DNA of 64,000 bases. It comes from an uncultured bacterium (GTDB lineage: Bacteria > Fidelibacterota > Marinisomatia > Marinisomatales > UBA1611). Under the pieces are notes generated by a model. The model saw nothing but the letters and a program-made list of their open reading frames with translations, was not told the DNA's origin and made no database searches. Where the stretch lies: NCBI GenBank assembly GCA_943788175.1, contig CALSPG010000005.1, positions 256,001-320,000 on the forward strand, read 5' to 3'. Each line of letters begins with the position of its first letter. Within the stretch, counting starts at the first letter, position 1. Positions 18,644-28,384 of the stretch are shown in pieces. The position numbers were made by a program, and so were the translations under genes.

Positions 18644-21600
18644 ATGAAAAACATCATTCGTTGGTTCATTCTAAATACCGTAGCGGCAAATCTGCTAATG
18701 ATATTTATCATCATTGCAGGGCTTTTTACCTTGTCGAGATTGAGAATGGAAGTCTTTCCAGATATAACAATTCCTATTATAAATGTTTCTGTTTTATATC
18801 CTGGCGCTTCTCCTGAGGATATTGAAGAATCTATTTGTGTAAAAGTTGAGGAGCAAGTTCAGGGAATTAATGGATTAAAACGCATTACTAGCTCATCTAA
18901 TGAAAGTTATGGCTCAATTAATATCGAGGTTGAAAATGGTTATGACATAGATGAAGTGAAAGATGAAGTCAAATCCTTAGTCGATGCGATCACATCTTTT
19001 CCTGATGATGCGGAAAAGCCTACCGTTAAGAGTTTTGATGGACAGCCTGAGGTTATAACAATTGCAGTTCATGGAAATGTTGATGAAGTAAGTTTGTTAA
19101 ATATTGCAGAAAAAGTTCGAGATGAAGTAAGTGATTTGCCAAGTATAACCCAAACAAGGTTAGGGAAAAAGCCCAAAGAAATATCGATTGAAATATCAGA
19201 GAACACGCTTCAAAAATATGGTCTTTCCTTTGATTATGTAGCCAGCAAGATTCGATCTTCTTCAATGGATGTCCCAGGAGGAGCGATTGAAACATACGAT
19301 GGTGAAATTTTAATACGTTCGAAAGGGCAGGCATATTCGGGAGATGAATTTGGGGCTATCCCAGTATTATCATTATCGGATGGATCAACTGTTTTGCTTA
19401 GAGATATAGCAAATATTGTTGATGGATTCCAAGATGTTGAATATGATATTAAGTTTAATAGTGAGCCTGCTTTATTGATTAGAGTATACAGAACAGGGGA
19501 GCAGAATGCCTTAGATATAGCAGATGAAGTTCATAAGTATATAATAAAGAAAAACCCGACTATGCCGCCTGGTATCTCTTTAACTACAATGAAAGATGAG
19601 TCTGTCATCTTACGGGGTCGAATTGAGCTCTTAACTGAAAACGCATACTTGGGCTTAGTCCTTGTTTTAATTGTTCTAGCTTTATTTCTTAAACCTAAAT
19701 TAGCCGCTTGGGTTTCTTTAGGTATTCCAATCTCTTTTATGGGCGGTTTCTGGCTTCTCCCTCTTTTTGACGTTTCAATAAATATGATTTCTCTTTTTAC
19801 TTTTATACTTGTACTTGGAATTGTTGTTGATGATGCAGTAGTCGTTGGTGAGAATATCCATATTTTTAGGAAGAGGGGTTTGAATGCTGTTGATGCCGCT
19901 CTTGAGGGTGCCTATCAAGTTGCAAAGCCCGTAATATTTGCAGTTCTGACTACAATGGTTACCTTCTCCCCGATGATTCTCGTAGAGGGTGCAATGGGGA
20001 AAATATGGAGAATTATTCCGGTTGTAACAATTGTTGTTTTAATATTTTCATTAATTGAGTCTTTAACTATACTCCCTGCTCATTTAGCACATATGAAAGA
20101 TGATGATGAAGAAGAACAAAACAGGTTTCTATCCTGGTGGTCAAAAGTTCAACTTGTTATCCACAATGGATTGCAAAGCTTTATAAAAAATCAATATAAC
20201 CCTCTATTAAGGTTAGCATTAAAAAATAGAGGAAATACAATCGCAATTTCTATTTCCATCCTTATTTTTACAATTGGTTTTGTAGCTAGTGGTTTTATAA
20301 AATTTAATTTTTTTCCTCCGCTCGAAGCTGATATCGTTATTGCTGGCGTAGAATATCCTGAGGGTACTCCTGTTCAAATAACAAAAGTTGGTCTAGAGCA
20401 AGTTGAAAAATCTGCTTACAGGCTCAAAGATTCATTAGAAGTCCTCTACCCAGATAAAGAAATATTCATCAATATGGTTTCTACCGCTGGGGACCAACCA
20501 ATAAAAACTCAATCAGCTAGGGGTCCTGGTAATCTTGATGCCAACTTTTTTGGCTCTCACTTAGCAGAATGTGTTATCGAGCTTGCTCCTGGTGAAGAAA
20601 GGCCAGTAAGTACAATTGAAATTTCAAAAATATGGAGAGAGCTGACAGGGCCCATAGCAGGAGTGAAGCAAGTTACCTTCGATTCGGATCTTTTTAGTTC
20701 TGGCGCACCTATTGAAATACAGCTTTCAAGCATCAGTAGGGGAGATTTAAAGGAAGTCACTTCCATACTCAAGGATAAGTTGCAGACCTATGCTGGGGTT
20801 TTTGATATCAAAGATTCTTTTAGTGCTGGAAAAGATGAGATCAAACTTAGTCTTCGCCCTGAAGCTCAAAACTATGGGATAACCATGGCATCGCTTGCAC
20901 GTCAAGTAAGGCAAGCTTTCTATGGTGAAGAGGTGCAAAGAGTTCAAAGAGGCAGAGACGAAATCAAAGTTTTTTTAAGGTATCCAAAAGAGGAAAGAGC
21001 TAGTCTAAATAATTTAGAACAAATGAATGTAAGAGTGGGTAATGATATTGAAGTGCCTCTTGGGCAAGTTGCTAGCAGCGAATTATCTAGCGGTTATTCA
21101 ACTATTACAAGAACAGATCGAAAAAGGTCAATTAGTGTTACTGCAGATGTAGATCTTAGTGAAGCAAATGCTAATGAAATATTGGCTAAGTTTGAGAAAG
21201 AGCATATCCTTCCAATATTGGAGAGTTATCCTAATGTTATTTATAGTTTTGAAGGAGAGCAAAGAGAGCAAAGAGATACACTGGGTTCGCTATTTAAAAA
21301 TTTTGCACTAGCATTGTTTATTGTTTACGTGCTACTTGCAATTCCTTTTAAATCTTATTCGCAGCCCCTTATAATAATGTCGGCAATACCCTTTGGTTTT
21401 ACTGGAGCAGTTATAGGTCATGTTATTATGGGTATGAACTTGGCAGTGCTATCAATAATTGGAATTGTGGCGCTCTCAGGAGTAGTGGTCAATGACAGTT
21501 TGGTGATGGTAGACTTTATAAATAGATATCGTCAAGAAGATGGAAAGTCTTGCTTGGAAGCCGCATTAGCTGCTGGTCCTCGAAGGTTTAGGCCAATACT

Positions 21601-21808
21601 ACTTACTTCGGTTACCACGTTTGTGGGTTTATTCCCGCTATTAATCGAAAAGAGCGTGCAAGCACAGTTTCTAGTTCCAATGGCGGTTTCACTAGCTTTT
21701 GGTGTATTATTTGCAACTTTTATTACACTAATCTTGGTGCCAACTAGTTATTTAATTATTGAGGATATGAAAGATTTTTCCGCAAAACTATTTAATAAAA
21801 ACGCTTAA
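18644..21808 (+). CDS. RND efflux permease (AcrB family)
   Basis: 1054 aa. GIVVDDAVVVGENI, RFRPILLTS. Confidence 0.95.
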   Translation: MKNIIRWFILNTVAANLLMIFIIIAGLFTLSRLRMEVFPDITIPIINVSVLYPGASPEDIEESICVKVEEQVQGINGLKRITSSSNESYGSINIEVENGYDIDEVKDEVKSLVDAITSFPDDAEKPTVKSFDGQPEVITIAVHGNVDEVSLLNIAEKVRDEVSDLPSITQTRLGKKPKEISIEISENTLQKYGLSFDYVASKIRSSSMDVPGGAIETYDGEILIRSKGQAYSGDEFGAIPVLSLSDGSTVLLRDIANIVDGFQDVEYDIKFNSEPALLIRVYRTGEQNALDIADEVHKYIIKKNPTMPPGISLTTMKDESVILRGRIELLTENAYLGLVLVLIVLALFLKPKLAAWVSLGIPISFMGGFWLLPLFDVSINMISLFTFILVLGIVVDDAVVVGENIHIFRKRGLNAVDAALEGAYQVAKPVIFAVLTTMVTFSPMILVEGAMGKIWRIIPVVTIVVLIFSLIESLTILPAHLAHMKDDDEEEQNRFLSWWSKVQLVIHNGLQSFIKNQYNPLLRLALKNRGNTIAISISILIFTIGFVASGFIKFNFFPPLEADIVIAGVEYPEGTPVQITKVGLEQVEKSAYRLKDSLEVLYPDKEIFINMVSTAGDQPIKTQSARGPGNLDANFFGSHLAECVIELAPGEERPVSTIEISKIWRELTGPIAGVKQVTFDSDLFSSGAPIEIQLSSISRGDLKEVTSILKDKLQTYAGVFDIKDSFSAGKDEIKLSLRPEAQNYGITMASLARQVRQAFYGEEVQRVQRGRDEIKVFLRYPKEERASLNNLEQMNVRVGNDIEVPLGQVASSELSSGYSTITRTDRKRSISVTADVDLSEANANEILAKFEKEHILPILESYPNVIYSFEGEQREQRDTLGSLFKNFALALFIVYVLLAIPFKSYSQPLIIMSAIPFGFTGAVIGHVIMGMNLAVLSIIGIVALSGVVVNDSLVMVDFINRYRQEDGKSCLEAALAAGPRRFRPILLTSVTTFVGLFPLLIEKSVQAQFLVPMAVSLAFGVLFATFITLILVPTSYLIIEDMKDFSAKLFNKNA

Positions 21809-21853
21809 AACGCTCATTATTGATTGACAAGGTCAGCTGGTTTCAATTAAATT
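21797..21853 (+). promoter_or_regulatory. Direct-repeat operator plus sigma70 promoter (site 3)
   Basis: AAAACGCTT AAAACGCTC (21798-21815), 8 nt, TTGACA(21824-29)-18 nt-TAAATT(21848-53). The 20-mer is identical to 8931-8950. Confidence 0.75.
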
Positions 21854-21896
21854 ATAAATAATATATTTGTGGCATTTAAATAATAAGGTATAAAAA

Positions 21897-22826
21897 ATGA
21901 AAGTTGCAGTTTTTGGTGGCACTGGGTTCGTAGGTTCATACTTAATAGAGCATCTTCTTGAACAGGGTCATCATCCAAGGCTTCTAGTTCGTAAGGGCTC
22001 AGATAGTAAAGTGATTTCTTCTCAGAATTGTGAGATTATCAACGGTGACATCAATGATAAAAATTCAATTAAAGAAACTATTTCCGGTGTAGAAGCAGTT
22101 ATTTATACGATTGGAATTATTAGAGAGTTCAAATCAAAGGGCGTGACTTTTGAAAATGCCCACTTTGATGGAGCTGTTAAATGTATTGACGCTGCAGAAG
22201 AGGCAGGTGTAAATAAGTTCATTCTCATGAGCGCAAATGGTGTTTGCCCTGATGGGACGGGTTATCAAAAAACAAAATGGATGTCTGAACAATATCTTAA
22301 GAATACGAAATTGAATTGGACAATTTTTAGACCCTCCACAATTTTTGGAGATCCAAGAGGTAGCGGCCGTCCTGAATTTTGTTCGCAACTGAAAAAAGAT
22401 ATGATTGGTTTGCCATTTCCTGCTCCCCTTTTTCATGAGGGTCTTAATCCTTTTGATGCGGGAAATTTTTCTATGTCCCCGATTCATATTAAAGATGTCG
22501 CTAAAAGTTTTATCAGCTCGTTAAACAATAAAAAGCTAGAAAAAAAAACAATAGAGCTCGGGGGACAGGCTTTTACTTGGAAACAAATTATTAAAAATAT
22601 AGGCATAGCTTCTGGTAAAAATAAATTTATGGTTCCTGCGCCAGTATTTGCTGTCAAATTAGTTGCTAATATTTTAGATAGATTTAGTTGGTTTCCAGTT
22701 ACGGCTGACCAGTTAACCATGCTGGTTGAGGGCAATACTTGTGATTCTTCAAAGTTTTTTACTGAAAATGAATTAATACCAATTCCTTTTAATGAAGAAA
22801 ATCTTTCCTATCTAGGTAAAGATTAA
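21897..22826 (+). CDS. NAD(P)-dependent epimerase/dehydratase (NDUFA9-like atypical SDR)
   Basis: GGTGFVG, YQKTK, FRPSTIFG, PIHIKDVA. Confidence 0.88.
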   Translation: MKVAVFGGTGFVGSYLIEHLLEQGHHPRLLVRKGSDSKVISSQNCEIINGDINDKNSIKETISGVEAVIYTIGIIREFKSKGVTFENAHFDGAVKCIDAAEEAGVNKFILMSANGVCPDGTGYQKTKWMSEQYLKNTKLNWTIFRPSTIFGDPRGSGRPEFCSQLKKDMIGLPFPAPLFHEGLNPFDAGNFSMSPIHIKDVAKSFISSLNNKKLEKKTIELGGQAFTWKQIIKNIGIASGKNKFMVPAPVFAVKLVANILDRFSWFPVTADQLTMLVEGNTCDSSKFFTENELIPIPFNEENLSYLGKD

Positions 22827-22828
22827 TA

Positions 22829-23338
22829 TTGAAATATTTAATTGGATTAAGTGTACTAGCTATGTTCTCACTAACTATAAATACCTTTTTTTCAAAGAAA
22901 ATTTATTTAGCTGAAGGTGAATTAGCTCCCCATTTTGAGTTGTTGGATCAAGATGAAAATCTTATTTCATCCACAGATTTTAATGGTAGAAGAAGTGTCA
23001 TATATTTTTTCCCTTACGCTGACACTCCTGGTTGAGTAAAAGAAGCTTGCGGGTTCCGCAATATTTATGAAGAATTTGAAAAAAATAATATTTCAGTTTT
23101 TGGAATTAGTTACAATAATCCAAGTGCTTTAAAAAAGTTTAAAGTTAGGTACAACCTGCCTTTTAGCTTTCTTTCAGACACAAAAAAAGTTGTTGCAAAA
23201 AGTTTTGGAGCGGATGGCTTACTTACTCCAAAAAGAATGACTTTTGTCATTGATGAAAACGGTAAAGTTGAAAAAATATATAAGAAAGTGAATATTAATA
23301 CACATGCAGAAACTATACTCAAAGATCTTATTAGCTAA
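22829..23338 (+). CDS. bcp: Selenocysteine-containing peroxiredoxin (BCP/PrxQ family), UGA at 23033-23035
   Basis: YFFPYADTPG-TGA-VKEACGFR... The frame continues with GIS, YNLPFSFLSD, RMTFVIDENG to TAA 23336-38. TGA occupies the peroxidatic Cys of PxxxTxxC. Confidence 0.88.
23047..23061 (+). promoter_or_regulatory. Bacterial SECIS-like hairpin
   Basis: TTGCGG-GTT-CCGCAA, perfect 6-bp stem. The G-first loop begins 17 nt after the UGA. Confidence 0.7.
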
Positions 23339-25664
23339 GATAATTACCATAACCGCTCTGCAGCTAAATATTGCAAGCGCTCAACAAGATGGTTCTGTAT
23401 ACGGTTTTGTTACCGATAGCTCAAATGGTGAAGCACTAATTGGGGCAAACGTATTTATTAATGAACTTGGACTTGGAATGGCAACTGATATTAATGGTTA
23501 TTACGTATTGCAAGGAATAACTCCAGGTACACATGAGATCTTAGTATCATATGTTGGATACGAAATTTTATCTGAAAGAATTGAAATAGTCGATGGTGAT
23601 GCTCTAAAACTTGATTTGGTTTTAAGGGAAGAAATTGTTTCAATTGGTGAGGTTGAAGTAACTGCCGAAAAATTAAAGAGGAAAAACAATATTCAGCCAA
23701 GCACAGTAAACCTTTCGCCCAGAATGCTTAGGTCTGCACCTGCTCTTGCTGAACCCGATTTATTTAGAACAATCCAAGCCCTGCCTGGGGTACTGACTAC
23801 ATCGGAATTTAGCACTGGTCTAGTCATTAGAGGTGGTAATACAGATCAAAACCTCATACTCCTCGATGGTGTGACAGTGTATAACCCCTCACATTTGGGA
23901 GGGATTTTCTCTAATTTTATTGTCGATGGTGTAAAAGAAGCAGAGTTAATTAAAGGTGCCTACAATGCTGAATATGGTGGTCGATTATCTGCAGTATTAA
24001 ATATTATAAGTAGAGAGGGAAACAAAAAGAAAGTTGAAGGAAAAGCGAACCTTTCTTTGTTATCTGCTCAAGCGACATTAGAAGGACCTTTTTACAAAGG
24101 TGCTTGGGTTTTTTCTGGTAGAAGGACATACTTTGACAAGATATTTCAAAATGTTCCTAGTATTCCTCCATATTATTTTTACGATATTCAGAGTCATATA
24201 TATTCTGATTTAACACCTAAAGATAGAATCTCGTTGAGCTTCTACAATGGTGTTGATGATTTAATTTTTGATACGTTTGGTCTTGCTGGGCGTTGGGGTA
24301 ATAGAACGATAAGCACACAATATAGACGAGTTTTTTCTGAAAAACTTATTGGAAATTTTTTACTCGCGAATAGTCTATTTTTTACAGAATTTGGTTTAGG
24401 TGGATCTAATGGATTAAACAGTGATAACGAAATAGATGATGCTACTTTAGCGGCTAATTTTTCATGGTTTAAATCATCTACTTCTGTGATAAAATTCGGT
24501 GCACAGATCAAAAATTTGGGTTTTCTATATACAAACTCCTTTAATGATTCTTTACAGTTTAAAATTAAAACAAAACCAAAAGAGTATGCTGGTTACGCAA
24601 AATTAAAATATTCTCCATCTGAAAAGTTTATTCTTGAGCCAGGAGTGAGAATTAACTTATATAATGTATATAGCGATTCTATTTTTCCTGATTTGCGTTT
24701 TGGTATGAAATATTTATTAACAGAAGATAGGTATATCAATTTCTCTGTCGGTAATTATCATCAATTTATTGCCACTTTTCAAGATGATTACAATCCAACT
24801 ATTTTGGACCAATGGATAGCTGTAGACAATACAGTAGATCCAGCTAAGTCTTCTCAAATCGTTTTAGGCTATGAAGAATACATAAATGATTTGTATAAAC
24901 TACAGATCGAGGGGTATTACAAAGATATTAAAAATTTATTCACCTTTGAAGAATCCAGATCAACTACAGATGAGGCTATTTCTGATACTGCTCTTTCTGA
25001 TATTGTAACGCCTTCGAATGGTTACGCTTACGGCTTAGAGTTGTTTGCACAAAAAATGAGTGGAAGATTAAGCGGTTGGTTAGCATATACATATTCTGTT
25101 TCTAGAAAATCAATGAACAGCATTTTTTATGATAAAAATGAAGAATATTATAATAGTTGGGATAGAACTCATTCTTTTAGTGCGCTGGGCAACTACCAGA
25201 TAAGCAAGAAGTGGGATATGAACTGGAAAATGTCTCTGCAGTCTGGTCAAGCTTATACGCCTATCATTGGATATTATAACCAGATATTGCCCGAGAGTCC
25301 TGATGAGGTTTATAGAACAATTCCCGGGACTAGGAACTCAGCGAGATATTCACCATATAGCAGATTAGATCTAGGTTTTGTATACCACACTAAATTCTTT
25401 GGTTCAAAAATGGATGTATATGTCCAAATAATTAACCTTTTTAATAGAAAAAATACTTTTAGAAAATCATACAATGTAGGAAGTATATATAATGGCATCG
25501 ATGATGATAGAGATTGGGATGAAGAAAAACATGATACCAACGGGAACGGGCAACCAGATGTTGGCGAATATAATGTTGATGAAGAAGATGAAGGCAGACT
25601 CCAAGTCAATGATATCAGCTTATTTCCAATCATTCCTACAATTGGCTTTAGTTGGGAGTTTTAA
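23304..25664 (+). CDS. TonB-dependent receptor with N-terminal carboxypeptidase-regulatory-like domain
   Basis: GEALIGANV...VSYVGY, plug IRGGNTDQNLILLDG, YGGRLSAV, terminal WEF. Confidence 0.92.
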   Translation: MQKLYSKILLAKIITITALQLNIASAQQDGSVYGFVTDSSNGEALIGANVFINELGLGMATDINGYYVLQGITPGTHEILVSYVGYEILSERIEIVDGDALKLDLVLREEIVSIGEVEVTAEKLKRKNNIQPSTVNLSPRMLRSAPALAEPDLFRTIQALPGVLTTSEFSTGLVIRGGNTDQNLILLDGVTVYNPSHLGGIFSNFIVDGVKEAELIKGAYNAEYGGRLSAVLNIISREGNKKKVEGKANLSLLSAQATLEGPFYKGAWVFSGRRTYFDKIFQNVPSIPPYYFYDIQSHIYSDLTPKDRISLSFYNGVDDLIFDTFGLAGRWGNRTISTQYRRVFSEKLIGNFLLANSLFFTEFGLGGSNGLNSDNEIDDATLAANFSWFKSSTSVIKFGAQIKNLGFLYTNSFNDSLQFKIKTKPKEYAGYAKLKYSPSEKFILEPGVRINLYNVYSDSIFPDLRFGMKYLLTEDRYINFSVGNYHQFIATFQDDYNPTILDQWIAVDNTVDPAKSSQIVLGYEEYINDLYKLQIEGYYKDIKNLFTFEESRSTTDEAISDTALSDIVTPSNGYAYGLELFAQKMSGRLSGWLAYTYSVSRKSMNSIFYDKNEEYYNSWDRTHSFSALGNYQISKKWDMNWKMSLQSGQAYTPIIGYYNQILPESPDEVYRTIPGTRNSARYSPYSRLDLGFVYHTKFFGSKMDVYVQIINLFNRKNTFRKSYNVGSIYNGIDDDRDWDEEKHDTNGNGQPDVGEYNVDEEDEGRLQVNDISLFPIIPTIGFSWEF

Positions 25665-26879
25665 ATGATAAATAATATGAAATTAATAATTCAAATCTTT
25701 TTTATATCAACCTTATTTCAATCATGTTCTTTTGATAACAATAATATAGAATATGAAGAACAGCTTGTAGTCTTTGCATCAATAAATGCTGGATTTCCTG
25801 TATTTGATACTGTATTTGTGTCTAGAACGGCAGGTGTTGAAGAGTCAGTAGATGCGGCAAATCTGTATATTGAAAATGCGAACGTAAAATTGATAAATAT
25901 GTCAGATAGTACAGAATTGAATTTTTATTCGATAGGTAACGGAAGATACTATCCAGTAGATATTTCGATGCAAAACGTAGACTCAATTTCAAGATACTGG
26001 CTTGATTACATTATTAAATCTGGAACTTCTTATCGTTTAGTCGTGAGTAGCGGTCAGGATTCTGTGATTGCTCAAACTAATGTACCTGAAAAAATAAGCA
26101 TCACGCCAGCAAATATGCCTGACTACAATTGTCCTGATGGTAGTAATCAGCCAGTGAGCACTATTGATGTAAATAATTTAGACAATTTGACATTTGATCA
26201 AATGCTTTCTCTTTATTTAGACCCATTAGATTACATTGAAAGTAATAGTATAAATGTAGATTCTGTTGAATTTAAAATTGGAGATTGTTACACCAAAAGC
26301 TTCGCAAGTATCCCTATGTTTGCAGTTGATTTTAATCAAGATGATTACAATACAATACAAATTATATCAAATGCTCTAGAGACTGACGCCGTCGGTCTTG
26401 AGCCGTTTAATGATGAAAATGGTAATGGTACCTTTGATGAAGGGGAAAGTTTTTCAGATAGAAACAGTAACAGTGTGCGAGACAGTTGTTACATCAATCT
26501 AATTTATAGTGATGAAAAGGGCCTTTTTGATAATGATAGTTTAGAATATAACAGATTAGCAAATATTTGGAAAAACCCTCTGAAAAAAGGTGGAGCAGAT
26601 GGAACATGGCGTGAAAACAGCCCATATAGAAATAATCCATGGCTATGGAATGCAGATAGAGCGCCATCTCCAATTATGTGGCTTTATTTTGATTATTATG
26701 GTCACTACATGATGACATATAAGTCGACTAGTGATTCATATTTTAATTATTTCAAAGGAGACCCTGTTGGGCAAAACATATACTTGCTTCCAGAATCAAA
26801 TTTTGAAGGCGGTCTTGGCGTATTTTATAGTTCTTCCTCAGCGTCTTTTCTTGTTAAAATAATAGAGCCAAGTAATTGA
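25665..26879 (+). CDS. DUF4249-like lipoprotein partner of the TonB-dependent receptor
   Basis: Lipobox FQSC, YEEQLVVFASI, C-terminal SNFEGGLGVF. Confidence 0.7.
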   Translation: MINNMKLIIQIFFISTLFQSCSFDNNNIEYEEQLVVFASINAGFPVFDTVFVSRTAGVEESVDAANLYIENANVKLINMSDSTELNFYSIGNGRYYPVDISMQNVDSISRYWLDYIIKSGTSYRLVVSSGQDSVIAQTNVPEKISITPANMPDYNCPDGSNQPVSTIDVNNLDNLTFDQMLSLYLDPLDYIESNSINVDSVEFKIGDCYTKSFASIPMFAVDFNQDDYNTIQIISNALETDAVGLEPFNDENGNGTFDEGESFSDRNSNSVRDSCYINLIYSDEKGLFDNDSLEYNRLANIWKNPLKKGGADGTWRENSPYRNNPWLWNADRAPSPIMWLYFDYYGHYMMTYKSTSDSYFNYFKGDPVGQNIYLLPESNFEGGLGVFYSSSSASFLVKIIEPSN

Positions 26880-26898
26880 GCCGTTGTTAATAAAAGAG

Positions 26899-26970
26899 TA
26901 GCCCGTAGGAGAATCGAACTCCTGTTGCCAGGATGAAAACCTGGAGTCCTAACCACTAGACGAACGGGCC
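26899..26970 (-). tRNA. tRNA-Glu (TTC), CCA not encoded
   Basis: Reverse complement GGCCCGTTCGTCTAGTGGTTAGGACTCCAGGTTTTCATCCTGGCAACAGGAGTTCGATTCTCCTACGGGCTA. Anticodon arm CCAGG-TTTTCAT-CCTGG, T loop TTCGA. Confidence 0.97.
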
Positions 26971-27051
26971 AAATTGTTTAGAATGTCTTGCAGACAGATG
27001 TCAAATTTATTTAAACATCTAAGCGAGGCCAACAACTTTTAACAGTTAAGT

Positions 27052-27366
27052 CTAACTATTTGCTTTGTCGAGTATATCAAGGAGTTGTCCATTCTGATGA
27101 AGCTCATTAGTGATATCAGCTCCTCCAACTAGTTCTCCTTTTACAAATAACTGAGGAATGGTCGGCCAACCAGAATGCTCACTTAATTTTATACGAATGT
27201 TTGGATCTGTTAAAACATTTACATCCTTATAATTTATTCCATAATGGTTGAGAATTTGTACTACATTGTTAGAAAAACCACACTGGGGCATCTCTTTTGT
27301 CCCCTTCATGTAAAGAATGATCGAGTTATTACTTATATCATCAACTATTTGTTCTTTTAAATCCAT
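27052..27366 (-). CDS. grxD: Monothiol glutaredoxin Grx4
   Basis: MKGT...PQCGFS, WPTIPQLFVKGELVGGADI. Confidence 0.95.
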   Translation of the reverse strand: MDLKEQIVDDISNNSIILYMKGTKEMPQCGFSNNVVQILNHYGINYKDVNVLTDPNIRIKLSEHSGWPTIPQLFVKGELVGGADITNELHQNGQLLDILDKANS

Positions 27367-27443
27367 ATTATAACCTTATTTATAATTTTTTTATTGGTAG
27401 AGTTTAAGAATGTTTTATGATAAACATAAAAACCTATCATAAT

Positions 27444-28319
27444 TTATTTTTTATTAATTAGGTAAACAGCGACGACTGATAAAATACCACCTAAAATAGT
27501 TGTAAATAAAATCTCTTCGCTAAGAATTATTTTTGAAAAAACAATGGCAGTTAATGGAACAATAAAAATAAATGAACTGGCTTTTACAGCTCCAATTTTA
27601 GATGAAGCAAAGAAATACATTGTATTTGCAAATGACATTACAACTATTGAAAGCAGAAAAATATTTATCCAAAAAGGCGAGTCGTAGTTTGTGACTCGGG
27701 AAATAGAATCTAATTCACAAAAAGATAATGAAATTATTGAAGCAAATAAAAAGCTCCAAAAACTGAAAGCAAGAAAATGAATACGGTTTTTAGATTTTTG
27801 AGATGCAATTGTAACAGAAACCCATGAACAAGATGCCAATATATAAAATAGATTTCCAGAACGAATCATTAAATCCAAGTCCATTTCCCACAATCGCATG
27901 ATAATGCCTCCACCAATAAGACCTAAAATTAGGCCCAGTAGTTCTTTTGACTTTGCTGATGATCTATCTAAGAATGAAAAAACAAACAAAGATGTAAGAA
28001 TTGGATTTAAAGTTGTTACTAGTACTCCTCCAACACCTGCAAGTCCCATATGTGTTGATCTAAAATAAAAATAATTGTAAGAACATAATGAAACTGCATT
28101 CCAAAAAATGAAGATAAATCCTTTTTTGTCCACTTTAAATGAGATGTGATACTTTATTAAAATTGGGATTAAGGCAATTGAAGCAAAAAAGAAGCGTAAG
28201 AATATTTTATCAGCAACATTTCCATAGGGTCCAAGTATTTTTGCGCCTACCCAAGAATAACCCCATGTTATCATTGCAAAAATCATAAGCAATGTGAATT
28301 TTTTTTCTTCGTTTTTCAA
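27444..28319 (-). CDS. DMT/EamA family transporter
   Basis: About 10 TM segments, WGYSW, two EamA repeats. Confidence 0.88.
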   Translation of the reverse strand: MKNEEKKFTLLMIFAMITWGYSWVGAKILGPYGNVADKIFLRFFFASIALIPILIKYHISFKVDKKGFIFIFWNAVSLCSYNYFYFRSTHMGLAGVGGVLVTTLNPILTSLFVFSFLDRSSAKSKELLGLILGLIGGGIIMRLWEMDLDLMIRSGNLFYILASCSWVSVTIASQKSKNRIHFLAFSFWSFLFASIISLSFCELDSISRVTNYDSPFWINIFLLSIVVMSFANTMYFFASSKIGAVKASSFIFIVPLTAIVFSKIILSEEILFTTILGGILSVVAVYLINKK

Positions 28320-28384
28320 AATATGATTATAAAATAGATTACAAGATACTAGGAAATAAATATGTTCTCCACGTAAAATAAATC

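Noticed and set aside
8931-21816. The repeated 20-mer as CRISPR repeat, IS end or terminator
   Set aside because: There is no array or spacers, no transposase and no dyad symmetry. The fixed phase to -35 boxes argues for an operator.
22829-23035. 68-aa peptide or nonsense pseudogene; or genome-wide UGA reassignment
   Set aside because: The UGA is at the catalytic Cys with a SECIS-like hairpin and an intact downstream frame. Other genes (e.g. those ending at 1224, 5099, 15544) use TGA as a normal stop.
26899-26970. tRNA-Glu as an island integration site
   Set aside because: No integrase and no duplicated tRNA 3' end seen in the window.
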